Assembly (NCBI GenBank): GCA_050084985.1
Contig: JBITNC010000001.1
Span: forward strand, 64,666,001-64,730,000
Length of the DNA: 64,000 nucleotides
Origin: Nageia nagi
Taxonomy: Eukaryota; Plantae; Pinophyta
Direction: 5' to 3'
Shown here: piece after piece, positions 1 to 13,400 of the stretch
Layout: each line of letters starts with the position of its first letter
Position numbering within the stretch: position 1 is the stretch's first letter
Program-made: the position numbers and the translations under genes
The notes under the pieces: model-generated
Databases searched by the model: none
Seen by the model: only the letters and a program-made list of their open reading frames with translations
What the model was told of the DNA's origin: nothing

Positions 1-289
1 AGATATTGATACAAAAAAAAAAGACATGTCATATGCTATCTAAGTATATGATCACATTATCTTTTGAATGTGATTTTAGTTATTTCTTAAGATAAATGTG
101 ATATCTTAACTTCAAACATTGATCTTTTATTTTTTTTTTAAATTAATTATATTATTACTTCTTTTCTATGTTAATGGTCTATTTGACACATATTAATTAT
201 ATTATCTACATTTTAGCTTATTACATGCAAATTCAAAATACAATTTTTTGAAATAATTTATTACAAAAAGGAATGAAAATAAAATATTT

Positions 290-3200
290 TTTATGTAGAT
301 ATGAATGACAACATAGAGGCTCTCCACATGTGTATGGTTTCCTATGGTTAGAGGTATAAGCTCCAAATATGGATAACTTAGATTGGATAAATAAAATTGA
401 GTAAAAAATGCATATTTTGAAGGAGATACACATTTAATGAAGTATACAAGTATGTATTAGATTGGATCTAAGTATCTATATTTACATTGTAGATAGAAGA
501 TACCAAATAAATCAAATAAATATAGTGTGGTATTGTAGATATTTCAAAATTTTAGTTAACATCTATATTGAGGAGTACACTATAACTTTTACAAATATAT
601 GTATATAAAGCTTCTTAATTATGCAGAACATCACACATTATGTAAAGAGGACACTTTCTTACATAATAAAAGAGCAAAATGGTTTGTAGGTAAGTAGTTA
701 TAGCTTCTTTAAAAAAATAGAATTTATAAAATATGATCTCTTTAGTAACATATGACCTCTTGTTAGGAGAGTTAAGAGAGAATTGATATGAGAAGATACC
801 CACATTGAAGGTCCCAAGTTCAAATCGCACCCCTTGCATTAGTAATATTTAAAAATTCTTGATAGGTCCTATGACTAATAGATTTAAGGGACGTTAAATG
901 TTGACTTTACCTTTTACAATGCACTATAATATTTAAATCAAGATGGTTCTAAATTATACCAAGATCCAAAAATAGTAGATAAAAAGTATGAACTTACTTG
1001 AAATGATAAATAAGTGAACAAACATAACCACTACATCTTACAATTATGAATAATAAATGTATATTGGTAACATGTTATTTCAAGGCATGTTGTTATTGAT
1101 TATATTACCAAATTTACAACAAAAGTTGAGAAAAAATATAAATTTAATAACAAGGCACAAGGAACAGGATATATTATTACAACTTTAAGGTTGAATGGAT
1201 TAGATTATTCATTCTTCTAAATGTTGTGTAAAAAATTTTTTAAAAGGTGAAATAAAGTGATGAAAATGAAACTATAAGAGAATAAAAATCTTTAATTTAT
1301 GGATACATTCATAGACCCTATACAGTGGAAGATGTTGCACTTATTTGTGCAACTAGATCTTGGACATGTAATCCTACATGAACAAGGAAGAACAAATAAG
1401 AGGATAAAAAAAATGATAACTATTATGAGGGTCTTCCCATGATTTAACACCATTCCCAAATAATAATCAAATAAATTATTGATTTTTGTTGGTTCAAGTT
1501 ATTACTTCATAAGCCATTTAGAAATATTGAAAGAGATATTGGACTTTATGATAGTACAATCATAATAAATTAGGAGATATTCAATTATTAATCATGAAAC
1601 ATAAAGAGAATATGTAAGCCCAATATTATAGAATATCATAGTAATTTAAAATATGGTAGTAAACAGTTTAATAAAACAAAACTAAGCATGAAAAAGAAAT
1701 TGTATCCAAGTTGCATTGTAAGAAAATCATGTAAGTAAGTTAAATAAATATGTTAGGGAGAAGATATGTTAACATATAAGCACTATGGAATGATGGATAT
1801 TGAGGAGAAGAATATGCAAAGAGATCAATGTAATACTTAACCATAATTAAAGATAATGGTTTTTCTCATTCCAAATGATAAACCTTCAAATTATCCATTT
1901 GAAAGCTTAAATACCAAATAAAAATAAGTTTATGATATAATCATGATATGTTATAAGCAAGGTCAAAATGCACCATCATTGCGCCTCATAATCCAAGCAG
2001 CAACATGAATAGGAAAATCCTATCTTATTGGTGTAATTCATCAAGTAGTTGAAGATGTCTCATCTTTAAAATGTTACATCCTCTTATTATAAATTGCACT
2101 AATAGGAGTTGCAATATTCACTATTAATGCATTAATAATCAATGAAACAATTAAAATTCCCATTGTTGATTTTGAGAAATTAAAGAGGGATAAAATTAAT
2201 AATTTTTCAAGAAGATTTATGACATATAAGATACATATTAATTGATAAGATGAGTTATATATGGCAAAAAATGTTACAACATATAGACTTGCATCTTTGT
2301 CAAACATTTTAAAAAATTCAAACATATGTTTTGGAAAAAGATCACTCATTCTGGTAAGATATTTTGGGCAATTACTTCCAATTATAAATACACCACCATA
2401 TGTGAGTGATAGATACATAAAATTACTTAATCAGAGTTTACAACTATTATAACTTTGGATAGGGCATTTAAATAGGAAGGTGAATGTGAGGAGCAAAAAA
2501 GACTTTATAAACTTCTCACAAATCTTAGAGATGCACATCAAACTCTTCAAGATTGGGAATTATTGATGATGAGAACTAATACATCATAATTGCTAAGGAA
2601 GAATTTAATAACAATATTCATATATTTGCACTATATTAAAATGCAATACAATAAAATTACACAAATTAAATTATTTAATTACACATAATATGGCAATAAC
2701 AGCATGGAGCGATAATCTATCGAGAGGTGAAAACAAAGAACTTGAAGTTGATTTATTAATTCCAAAGGGTGCAAGAGTGATGTTAACCTTCAACTTATGG
2801 ACATAAGTATGATTTGTGAATGGTACACTAAGATATATTCAAAATATGATATATAAACCTAGAAAGTCTCCATTAGATCCACAAATGTATGTTAGTGTGA
2901 AATTCAACAATTATACTAGAACATATCTCATTTAAAGCCACATGTCCTCATATTGCTCGAATTATACCCATAGAAAATGCCCAAAAGTGATAACTTGCAT
3001 TACAATTGGCTTGGGAATTAACAATCCATAAAATCACAATGCTTGAAACTTAATAAATAAAGCAATAATGAACATAGGGTACGTTGAAATATAACATTAA
3101 ATATTTGTTGTTATCTCTCATGTAAAAGCATTGGATGAACTTAGAATATTGTCTCCATTCTCATATGACTTCAAAACTTAGGAATATAAATTTTTAAAAG
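290..3200 (+). mobile_element. Degenerate Helitron-type Rep/PIF1 helicase (RepHel) remnant; termini not identified
   Basis: Motifs read by hand, in the expected order: HUH motif RYE*QHRGSPHVYGFLWL (297-350), Walker A RLIIQAAT*IGKSYLI (1982-2029), YILIDKMS (~2226), FGKRSLILVRYFGQLLP (ORF 2261-2452), PKGARVMLTFNLWT*V*FVNGTL (~2762), LQLAWELTIHK (~3000). Many stops and frameshifts. Confidence 0.85.
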
Positions 3201-4208
3201 AAAAGATGAAGAAGAGGAACTTAAAACTTCATAGTTGAAGGATTGACATTAGTCAAACTATATTCATTTCTCATATAACATCCATTGTTATTATCATTAA
3301 ACTCTCTTTTTCTATATATAAAATTCATTGTTATTATCATTACATTCTTATGATTTTTATGTGATATTCTTTTTATTTCTTTAAATCTTTAAAATAATTC
3401 ATATATACTTTTATTTCTTATGTATAGTATGATTTTCTATTAATATTATTTACTACTCTCATTCATACAATATACAAAAATCTATAAAATATTCATTGAA
3501 TAAATATAATACATATTGTTACAATTTTTTTATTTATAAATTGAATGATATTTATATATATATTTTGAAATATGATAATCTATTCTTGTGAATTTATACC
3601 TTAAAATTAAATTATATATATAAAAATTTCTCTTACATCAAAATCATCCAAAAATCATACCATCAACTAAACTTTATATATCACCAATCTCTAAAGTGAA
3701 ACCTTTATCGTTGCAATAAATACCAACTTATCTAAACAAACATATGATGACATGTTAGAAGTGTGACATACAAAGTCAAATACACATCCTTAAAAAGAGG
3801 GTATCTAGAAAGCTATAACAAGTCCAAAGATTGTTCTTACAAGCAGTCTCTCAGCGTATCACGCTTTTTGTATGAAAACTTATCTTCACGACTTTCGTAT
3901 AATTTCCCATAGATTAGACAGACCTATAAAATTGTGGCGAATCAAGTGCAACAAATCATAGCAGTGTGCCGGCCTCATTCAACAACTGATCGCTGGTGCG
4001 AATACGATAGATTCAAGGAGCCGTTTTCCTTTTTCTCTCAAGGTCCGCAGCTGTAAATTTCTTCGTAGTACATGCTGTGGACATTAATTGATAATCAAAA
4101 ATTGATTTGCTCAGAAACGGTCTCTGGAAATTTTGATAAATTCGGTCTCGGAGGCACTCGTAAATGTGACTTTTTGCCAACAATAGAGGGTTTGTCAATA
4201 GAATTTCA

Positions 4209-4425
4209 ATGAGGATGCATAAAAATGGGGAGGAGATTTGGGGATTTGAGCTGGAATTGGGACGGAAGAAGGATGATAAGAAGGTGCTTCTTGGATTGGA
4301 CGGTGGAACGACTTCCACTGTTTGCGTTTGCACGCCCGCGCCTTCGTGCGATGAGCAGCTTCCGGATCCATTTCCTGTACTCGCCCGTGCTGTTGGTGGA
4401 TGCTCCAATCATAATAGCATCGGAG
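4209..4425 (+). CDS. GNK: GNK exon 1 (ATG; phosphate-1 loop [10 protein letters not shown]), phase-1 donor
   Basis: ORF 4209 [20 protein letters not shown]; donor GGAG|GTGGGT at 4425/4426. Confidence 0.92.
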
Positions 4426-7400
4426 GTGGGTTCTCAAATACCTAAACAACTTGGTTGAAATGTAATGTTTCCGGAAATTAGTCTTTTTAACCATCAATTC
4501 TTCAACTTTTTTTTTTTCTGATTTGGGTTGCATTGATTTACGAAATTGCAATAAGTTTTTGGAAAGTTCAGGTATATTAATGCATTAATTTGCTTGCTTA
4601 TAAAATTCTCAATTTTTAGTGCGATTTAGCCTCTAGATCTGAGAATATACAGCTTTTTCTTCTGTATTTCGTGGAAAGTTGCAGCTTGTATAAATCCTAT
4701 AACACAAACATAAACCCAACGGCAGCTGCAGTTATAAAAAACTTAAAAATCATGAGCTACATTAACAGATTAATCGATATTTTATTTATTTGTTTTGGTT
4801 CCTCGCATCAACAAGAACAGCAAACAATTTTGGGATTAGAAATCCTTATAAAAATGCATCAAAGGTGATAATTTATTTATTTTCTTATGGAAAGTTTAGT
4901 GACTTATAGTTGTATTTTATGTTAGACATGCAGAATATGTGAATTCTTACGTATCGAGGTTTTTGAATAATGTAAATCAAAACGCATTCAGTATATATTG
5001 TAAAATGTTTAAATTGGTCATCCTGGAATTTTTTTCTGTTTTATTCAATACATTCTGATGCACTCAGGCACTATTGTGTGAGTTTCATTGATAGGCATTG
5101 CATTTTGCTGTGTTTATTTCAGTTTAAACATCAACTTTGAAATGGTTAGGCCATGTAACTGCGCTTTACTCGATTAGAGCAGTTCTCCCTGACCCTGAGA
5201 AATCCGGAAATCATCTGGCAATGACGATTCATGAAAGGACCGATAACTAATTGTTCTGGTCGATTCAATATTATTTATTTGTTAAAATTGGAGGATAACT
5301 AAAATGCAATGATTTGCAAAGAACTTTCGTTGTGATTAGCAGATGTCAGGTCGGATTAACCTTCTGCAGGTAACCTGGTTGTACTATTTTCTTTATACTT
5401 ACTTTTTGTAAAACTAATAGCAAAAGGTTTTAAACAGATTGCAAAAATTAATTTAAAAGAAAAACTAAATGCATCTACTAAACAAACATTGAAAATAACA
5501 TGCATATTGCAAAAATGCAGGAGGATTGTCTTAAAAAGGATAAACCCTATTGAAATAGGTTGACCAACATATCTTACTTTGCCTTGCAATCAAGGTGTCC
5601 TCATGTACTATAAAATTAAAATTTGATCTGAGAGATGTGCCTAAATAAAAGAAGATTGTAGACACCTAAAAATGAAGAGTAAAGTGTGGCATTCCTTATC
5701 AGGTTTTTGGATGATCAAATCTACATTCAATTTGGATAGGTTGACATTGAGCTTGCATTCTCATATCACAAACAAACAATTTCTCTCAATGCTACTTATC
5801 CAAATATATGTTTACTCTCTTTGCACATGATTGAATTGTTCTTGTTTGATCGTAATATTCTACAGGATTAGAAAAATCGGCGGTATTGCGTTGCATAACC
5901 ATACATGTTTGCAAAATTGTGAAGAATATCATCCCAACTGGTGCAAGAGTTGAGATTGCAGATTAATAAGTGAATTGTTAATTTAATTCATTTATTATTG
6001 TCTACATTTTTGGTTAACCTAACATGAATTACATATGTGAAAATCAGCTTGTTGATGCAGATGTATAGGTGGTTCTTGCAAACTAGGGCATTGGCATGAA
6101 TCACTTGCAAAGAAAAGAGGGAAAAGATAGAAAAAAAACAAAAACGTTAGTGTTATTAGTTTGCAACAATAACACCGATGATCTTGTTTTAGTAAGACCA
6201 ACACTGACAGCTTCTTCTTGGCACAGGATTAGGCATTCTTTCCATCCCATATCAACTTTGAACGAAGAAATTGCATAGGTAACGTTGGAACTGAAGAGGA
6301 ACCTAGAATGATAAACATTGGATCAGATTTCATAGAAGAGGAGAAAGAGATGTATAAGCAGACGTTCCTGAGGCGTAAGAAAATGTTTGCTTGGTCATAT
6401 GGGAACATGCTTGGTTTAGATCCTGAATTTGTATCTCACAGTTTGGTTGTTTGAGATAATGCTAAACTAGTAAAATGAAAACGTAGGAAGATGCCACTAG
6501 AGACAACTTTGTTGGTAAAGATAGAATAAGAGAAGAATTTGGCAGTTGGATTTAGTAGATGTATTGACTACTCTCCTTGATATCAAATATTGTTCAAGTC
6601 ACAAAGCCAACTGGAGAAATCGGGATTTGCAAAAATTTCAAAGACATTAATAAAACATGCCTAAAGGATGATTTCCCATTGTCAAACATTGATATGATAG
6701 TGGATAGTGTGGTAGGTCATGAGACCTTATAATTCACGAATGGATTTTTCGGTTACAATCAAATATGAATCAACCCCACCAATCAACATAAGACAACCAT
6801 TCATGGGGTACATTTTGTTATAAGATGATGCCATTTGGGTTCAAGCATGTGGGAGCCACATATCAACATGCAATGGTATCTATGCCTCATGATCTCATTC
6901 ATAAATATGTTGAGATGTACGTGGTTGACATTCTAACAAAGTCGAAGAATAAAGAAGATCATTTGAAAGATTTGGAGGAAATTTTTGAAAGGCTAGAAAA
7001 CTACAATTTGAGATGAAAACCACAAAAGTGTGTATTTGGAGTCACTTCTGGAAAGTTTCTAGGACATATTGTTTCAAGAAGAGGGATAGAGGTGGATCCA
7101 AAGAAGGTAAAACCAATTTCGCATATGCAGTCACCAAGAAATCTCAAAGACTTAAGGAGTTTCCAAGGTAAGCTTCAAGCAATAAGAAGATTCATTTTAC
7201 AATTAGATGATAGATGGGTCTCAAGTATGTATGGGTTGAAGAGTGTCAAAAGGCATTGAAGGATATAAAGCAATATTTGCTGAATCCTCCAATTTTAGCT
7301 CCATTAAATCCTACCAAGTCATCATCTCTATATGTTTCAGCAACATTACATGCCTTGGGGGCAATGACGGTTCAAAATAATGATGATAACAAAGAGAGGG

Positions 7401-10400
7401 TTGTATATTACATCAATAAAACGTTGTTAGAATATGAAGTGTAGTATACACCCATATAAAAGATTTGCTATGCAATTGTGTTTTCAACAGAAAAACCGAG
7501 ACATTACATGGTCAACAACACAATGTTTGTCATCACATAAGTTGATCCCTTAAGAAGCCTATTGTCTAAGCTATATCTATCAAGAAGGGTAGAAAAATGG
7601 GGTAGTGTTGCTACAGGAATTTGATTTGGTTGCTTTGTGAAGCAAACAATAGTCAAAGGGAAAGTCGTGGCTGATTTAGTAGCAGATGCATCACCGAATG
7701 AAAACGTGGACGATTTTGGTGAAGACTTCCCAGATGAATGTGTTTACATGGCACAAGAGATGAATGCGAAAGAGCCCTAGAGTCTATATTTTGATGGATC
7801 AAAGTGTCACCATAGAGAGGGGTAGACATAGTTCTTCTCTATCCAAATAATGAGGTAATTCCTATGGCTTATAGATTGGGATTTGAATGCACAAATACTA
7901 TAGCGGAGTATGAAGCACTTATTTTGGGATTAAAAGAAACCATCTTACTGAAGTTCAAGAAAATAAATATCTATGGAGACTCACAATTGATTGTCAATCA
8001 AATTAATGAGGTATATAACACAAAAATTGAGAAATTGATATCTTAAAAGAATTTGGTCATGATGCTTCTTGATCAATTTGATGAATCCAAGATAGAAATA
8101 TCCCAAGGAATAGTAATAAATATGTAGATGCAATGGCAACCTCACTTGCACCAATAGAAGTAGAAGATGAGGAGACAATTTTGACAATCAAGAAAGCCAT
8201 CTCATCCAGATTCTTCTCCAACGGATGATTTCAATATTAGTTATGCAATTGAAAGTGAAACATATGAAGGTTAAACTTGGTACAAAGATATTTTCAATTA
8301 TCTGAAGAATGGGGCAATTCCTCGATCCTTTAATAGAAATGCAAAATTAAAATTACAAAAATCAGCAATCAAGTACATCATCTTGGGAGGTATTTTGTAT
8401 AGAAGATCATTTGAGGGAGCATTACTTAGATGCTTGAGACCACATGAAGTAGAATCAACCATAGAAGAAGCACTTGAAGGAGTTGGTGGAGGTCATTTTA
8501 TGCAAAAGCATTCTTCCAAAAGTTACTAAGGATTGGGTACTATTGGTCAACAATGGAATAAGATTATAAAAAACTTGTCAAGAGATGTTTGCAATGTCAA
8601 AAACAGGCCAATTCGTAAAAGACACCATCACAAGAGCTCCACACAATGATGACACATTGGCCATTTTCTACTTGGGGCATAGATATCATGGGAAACATCA
8701 ATCCACATTCAAAGGAAAGGCACAAGTTTATTATAACAGCCACATAATACATAACCAAGTGGGTAGAAGCAATACCAATGAAGTCCATAGTTCAAGCAAA
8801 GATCATTCAATTTATAATAGAGAATGTCATTACAAGGTTTCATCATGGATAATGGTCCAAACTTTGTAGGCAAGGAGATGAAGGAGTTTTGTAAGAAGTT
8901 TCACATTAAGCAAACATTTGCATTAATATACTACCTACAAAGAAATGGACAAGGTGAAGCCACAAACAAGACAATTCAGAATGTTTTCTCCAAAAGCATT
9001 CCAAAATATAGAAAAGATTGGCATGAGCAATTGCCATATGCATTATGGGCATTTAGAACAAGCACAAGAATAGCTACAGGAGCAACTCCTTTCTCATAAG
9101 TGTATGGAGACAAAGCAACAATTCCTTTGGAGTTGGAAATTCGATCCTTAAGAATTTCACTTCAAGGGATTGTTCTAGATGAAGCAACAAGAAAAACAAG
9201 ATTAAGATAGTTGGAACAACTAGATGAGAAAAGATTGAATGTTATAGAACATCAAAAAATTTATCAAGATACAATAAAAAGCGCATATAGTAATAAGATC
9301 AAACATAAGGAGTTCAAGGTAGAGACTTGGTGATGAAAGAAAACATTAACAAGACGATAACAAATGATGAATTGAAAGGCAACATTGAGCCCAATTGGTT
9401 GGGACCATATATTGTCATTGAGAAGATAGGTGCAAATGCATATAAGTTTGCATCAATGGATGGAAAAAAATAGAAAAGGCCATTCAATGGCATGCACCTC
9501 AAGAGGTTTTATGCATGACAGGGCAAACAGGCACCACATTGGAAACAAAAATCATGAAACTGGTAAGCAATTTTAGAATAATTTAGTCATTGTCCTTATT
9601 TGTGCAAGTTTCGAAAGTAGAATTATCATAATTAGAATCGCAACCGATATGAGTGTCAGGCAAAAACACCCACCTTTTTGTTTTCAACAAAAAAAGAAAA
9701 GTCTCATAGTGATAACCTTAAATGACACTGTAAGGCCAAGGATGGACATGAAAACCAATTCCCAACTCTCCATCCTTGCTAAAAGTATCTATTTGTGAAA
9801 GCTAGACTGTTGGTGCAAACAATACAAGTAATCCTTGAAGACTAGGTAACTGCGGGGATTATTTGCAAAAAAAAAAAAGAAGATTCCACAACAAAAACAA
9901 TGATGTTCAATATCAAGGATAATATTGAAGTAGTGACAACAACAATACTATACCTAGAGGTAATATTGAGTGCTTTCTCTCATATTTTATCAGTTAAGCA
10001 AGAGAAAACTATTGCATCAAAATTCAAGTACAATTCATCATGTTCAACAAGTAATTCAAGCAAATGAGATATCAATCTAGTCTATATATAGGTAATCTTG
10101 TTTGGACCAATTGACTCCTTTTTTATTATTTAAGGCATCACAAAAAACTCACTGAAACTTAGATATTTTTGCATCAAAACCAAAAATGCCAACGATTTTG
10201 ATATATTAGAAACAACAAGCCAAAATTCTAAGATTTTTAAATGGACAACAACAAAACTCAGTAAAGCCAGTTAATCTAATGGGTAAGATTGTAGTTGTCT
10301 TATTTGGACCAGTAAATCTAGCAAATAGGACTTTCATAGTTATATTTGGACCAATCATTCTAGTGGATGGGCATCAACAATCTCAAAGTGGGTGTCCTTA

Positions 10401-13400
10401 TTTGAACCAGGTAAAATTAATCCCATGATGGCCAGTCAACTCCTTTTTGATTCTTTTGGGGCATTGCAAGAGACACATCATCTCAAGTAGATATAAGTGT
10501 TTGAAGTTTCAGCCCAGTTGTGGACTAGTTCAATATCGCATGCGCATCGAAATCCATGAAGAACTTTCAATTTAGAAATCTGTGCCCATCCTGAGTGCGT
10601 CACCTTGGTTTCTACACTCAAGATTTTGTTTTGGGTCACTAAGGGAAACTCATGGATCTGCAGTTAAGGACAAAGTTAGCGATAGCAAATAGTCGTGTGA
10701 ATTTCAAGCACATCAATGGTGAGTTTGGAAATTACTTTCTAGAGGCTAAGTCTAAGAAAGCTTCTATTATTGAGTTTGTCATATCTGAGAATGGCATTGG
10801 CTATGGAGTGGTCATTTGTTATGCTTTCCTTTTTATATGCCACTTCTGCTGTTCTCGTAGGATTGGTATTGTTTTCTGGCATGCATATTGAATAAGGGTG
10901 ACTATCTGGTGATTATGGCAAGCAAAGCACTTAGTAATTTTCTCCTTTACATTTTTGGTATTTTTGTTTTTGTTAATAGAATAGCTATATCTTTTTTAAC
11001 AGTAGATAAATGGAGTTTCAAAATGTTTCGGATAAATGACATGAGGTCAAATTGCTTTGAGTTTATTTGGAGACAATTCTTATCTACTGTTCTGTATGGT
11101 GGGTTGGTTGCTGTTTGACAACTATTTTATCGGCTATGTTGTTTGTAGTTGTAATCATTTATCTGGGTTTGGTTTCTTCAATCTTTTCAATCCCTCTCAA
11201 GGGATATGCTAATGTTTGTTGTAGAAATATAGTTATAGAATCTCTAATATGTGGCATTTCTTATGTTTTTACTTAATTATTTTATGATCTTATCTAGAAA
11301 TTACTCATTATGTGCAAAGCAGAAACTGCAGCAAGAGAAGAGATGGAGGACGTTATGGCCAAGGCACTGAAGATGGCTGGCTTTAGCCGCTTAGCAGTTA
11401 GAGCAGTTTGCTTGGCTGTCTCTGGTGTCAACCATGTGAGTGACCAACATCGGGTGGTCCAGTGGCTTAGGTTTGTGGGTTGCTGTTATTTACTTTATTG
11501 TCATTAAGAAAAGAATTGTTCATTGTTGTCTGGTATCTACAGGAGAATTGTTATCAGAGAGGATCTAATTCTCATTGAAATGTTAAAGCATGAAACTTTT
11601 CTACTTTCTGATATATACTTTGAGATTCAACATTTGTAAAATCATAGTTCAATTCATCGATTCCACTAAAATGAGTACTCTTTTGTTTCTTAATCAACTC
11701 AAAAATTTGAAGTGGAATGCTGAATCTATTGACTAATGCCTAAAGCACATGAGTTGATGTCTAATGTTGTAATTTTCTTATGGATGATTAACATTTTATA
11801 CTTTTTAGTGAATATAAATTCCATGATGTCTACTGTTGTAATTTGCTTGAAGTTGATATGAATTTTTTTAGTATTGCCCGCTAACTTTTAATATTGTTTG
11901 TCATTATAATCCTTAACAATATATGTTTATCACTTTCGGCTTTTGCCCTTATGTTATTGTTTTCTTTTGATCACCACTCAATTTTGTTGGAATGTTCTTG
12001 GAGTATACAGGTAAGCAGCCAAGTGTTATCTAGATGTTCTTGGAGGGTACATTGTAACCATCCATATCTTGAGTAATTTGGTTGACATGCTTTACTTGTT
12101 GTGTACAGTCCAGACTCCAAAGTAATGACCATGACTTCTCTCCACACTTATTACAAATACATCAAACACAATAGTGTCATAAATTATAACCAGTTTTACA
12201 TGGGATAGGACCCCCTCCCCAAAAAACATCTGTACCCATCCTGAAGGAGTACCGGATACTCCGAAATTACATTGGGGACATTTTGGTGCCATTTTTTTCT
12301 TTTGAAAATTTGAAAAATCCCTCCCAGAGACTTTGAGATGTTGGGGGATGGCTAGGCGTCCCCAGACAGCTATGATGCCCCTCGACCATCTCGGGGATGC
12401 CTAGCCATTCCGAATGGATAAAGCAGCCAGCTACACTAAACACAAATAAAAATAGTGGCGGGCCCACTATGGCCCCTCCACCCCCTTTTAACCCTAAAGT
12501 CACTCAACGCTAAAAAGTGCATGCAAACTTAAAACATAAAAGTCACTTAACCCTAAAAATCATTCATTCTTCACTTTGCAACCATTTAGAAACAACAGCC
12601 AATGTGAGGATATTGCAGCCAACAGCAGTGTGGTGTATACTGTTGTATCGTAGTTTGAAGACTCAATTTTGTTAATGTCCAAAACTCCATATTTTTATCT
12701 GCACTGTTATGGTTTATAGTTATATAGTACTGTTATAATTCTAAATGATCATGATGTTTTGTTTTGAATCATTACTGCTGTTAGAATAGACTGTTATACA
12801 GTTGATTGCTGCTGTTAAAATAGTTTCAGATTTGAAAAAACAGTCTAATTTTTATATTTTAATTTTTTTAACATATATTTATATATGCTGTCCCAGACGT
12901 GTTTTCTAAAATTGGCCTAACGTCCCCCAATCTCCGTCTCAGAAACTCCATGTAACCTTGATTATAACCATCTATGGTTCTATATAACATAAATATATTG
13001 AAATTAAAAAATGTAACAGGATTGCAACCATGAATATTTTATATGGCATTGGCATACCAAAGCATTTATGAATATGAGAGCCCCACTAATGACGATATCC
13101 CAAGAATGCTTCCAACATGCACAAAGGAAGAACGTATTCACAATGATGTAAACTGGTGTAATTACATGACCACTTCCTTATTGGCAGCTTTGGTAATGCC
13201 AAGCATCTTGCATAGTCATTTGAATCTTGTCTCCACCAAAGTTTTCATGATGATATTGTTTATTTGTTACTTTGCAAGAATGCATTAAAATTTTGTGATC
13301 TGGTTCTGAAAAAACTTTTCTGATGTACTGCACATGTATTTTGACATGCTTCGTCCTTTGATGTTGTGCTAGATTCTTTGCCATTACTATCGCATTGGTT

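Noticed and set aside
3780-3810. Possible Helitron 3' hairpin plus CTAG terminus
   Set aside because: The stem is too weak to call.
3925-3931. TATAAAA as GNK TATA box
   Set aside because: Plausible position, but the motif is common in AT-rich DNA and there is no TSS evidence.
4013-4551. Minus-strand ORFs overlapping GNK exon 1
   Set aside because: Antisense shadows of a GC-richer coding exon with no recognisable motifs.
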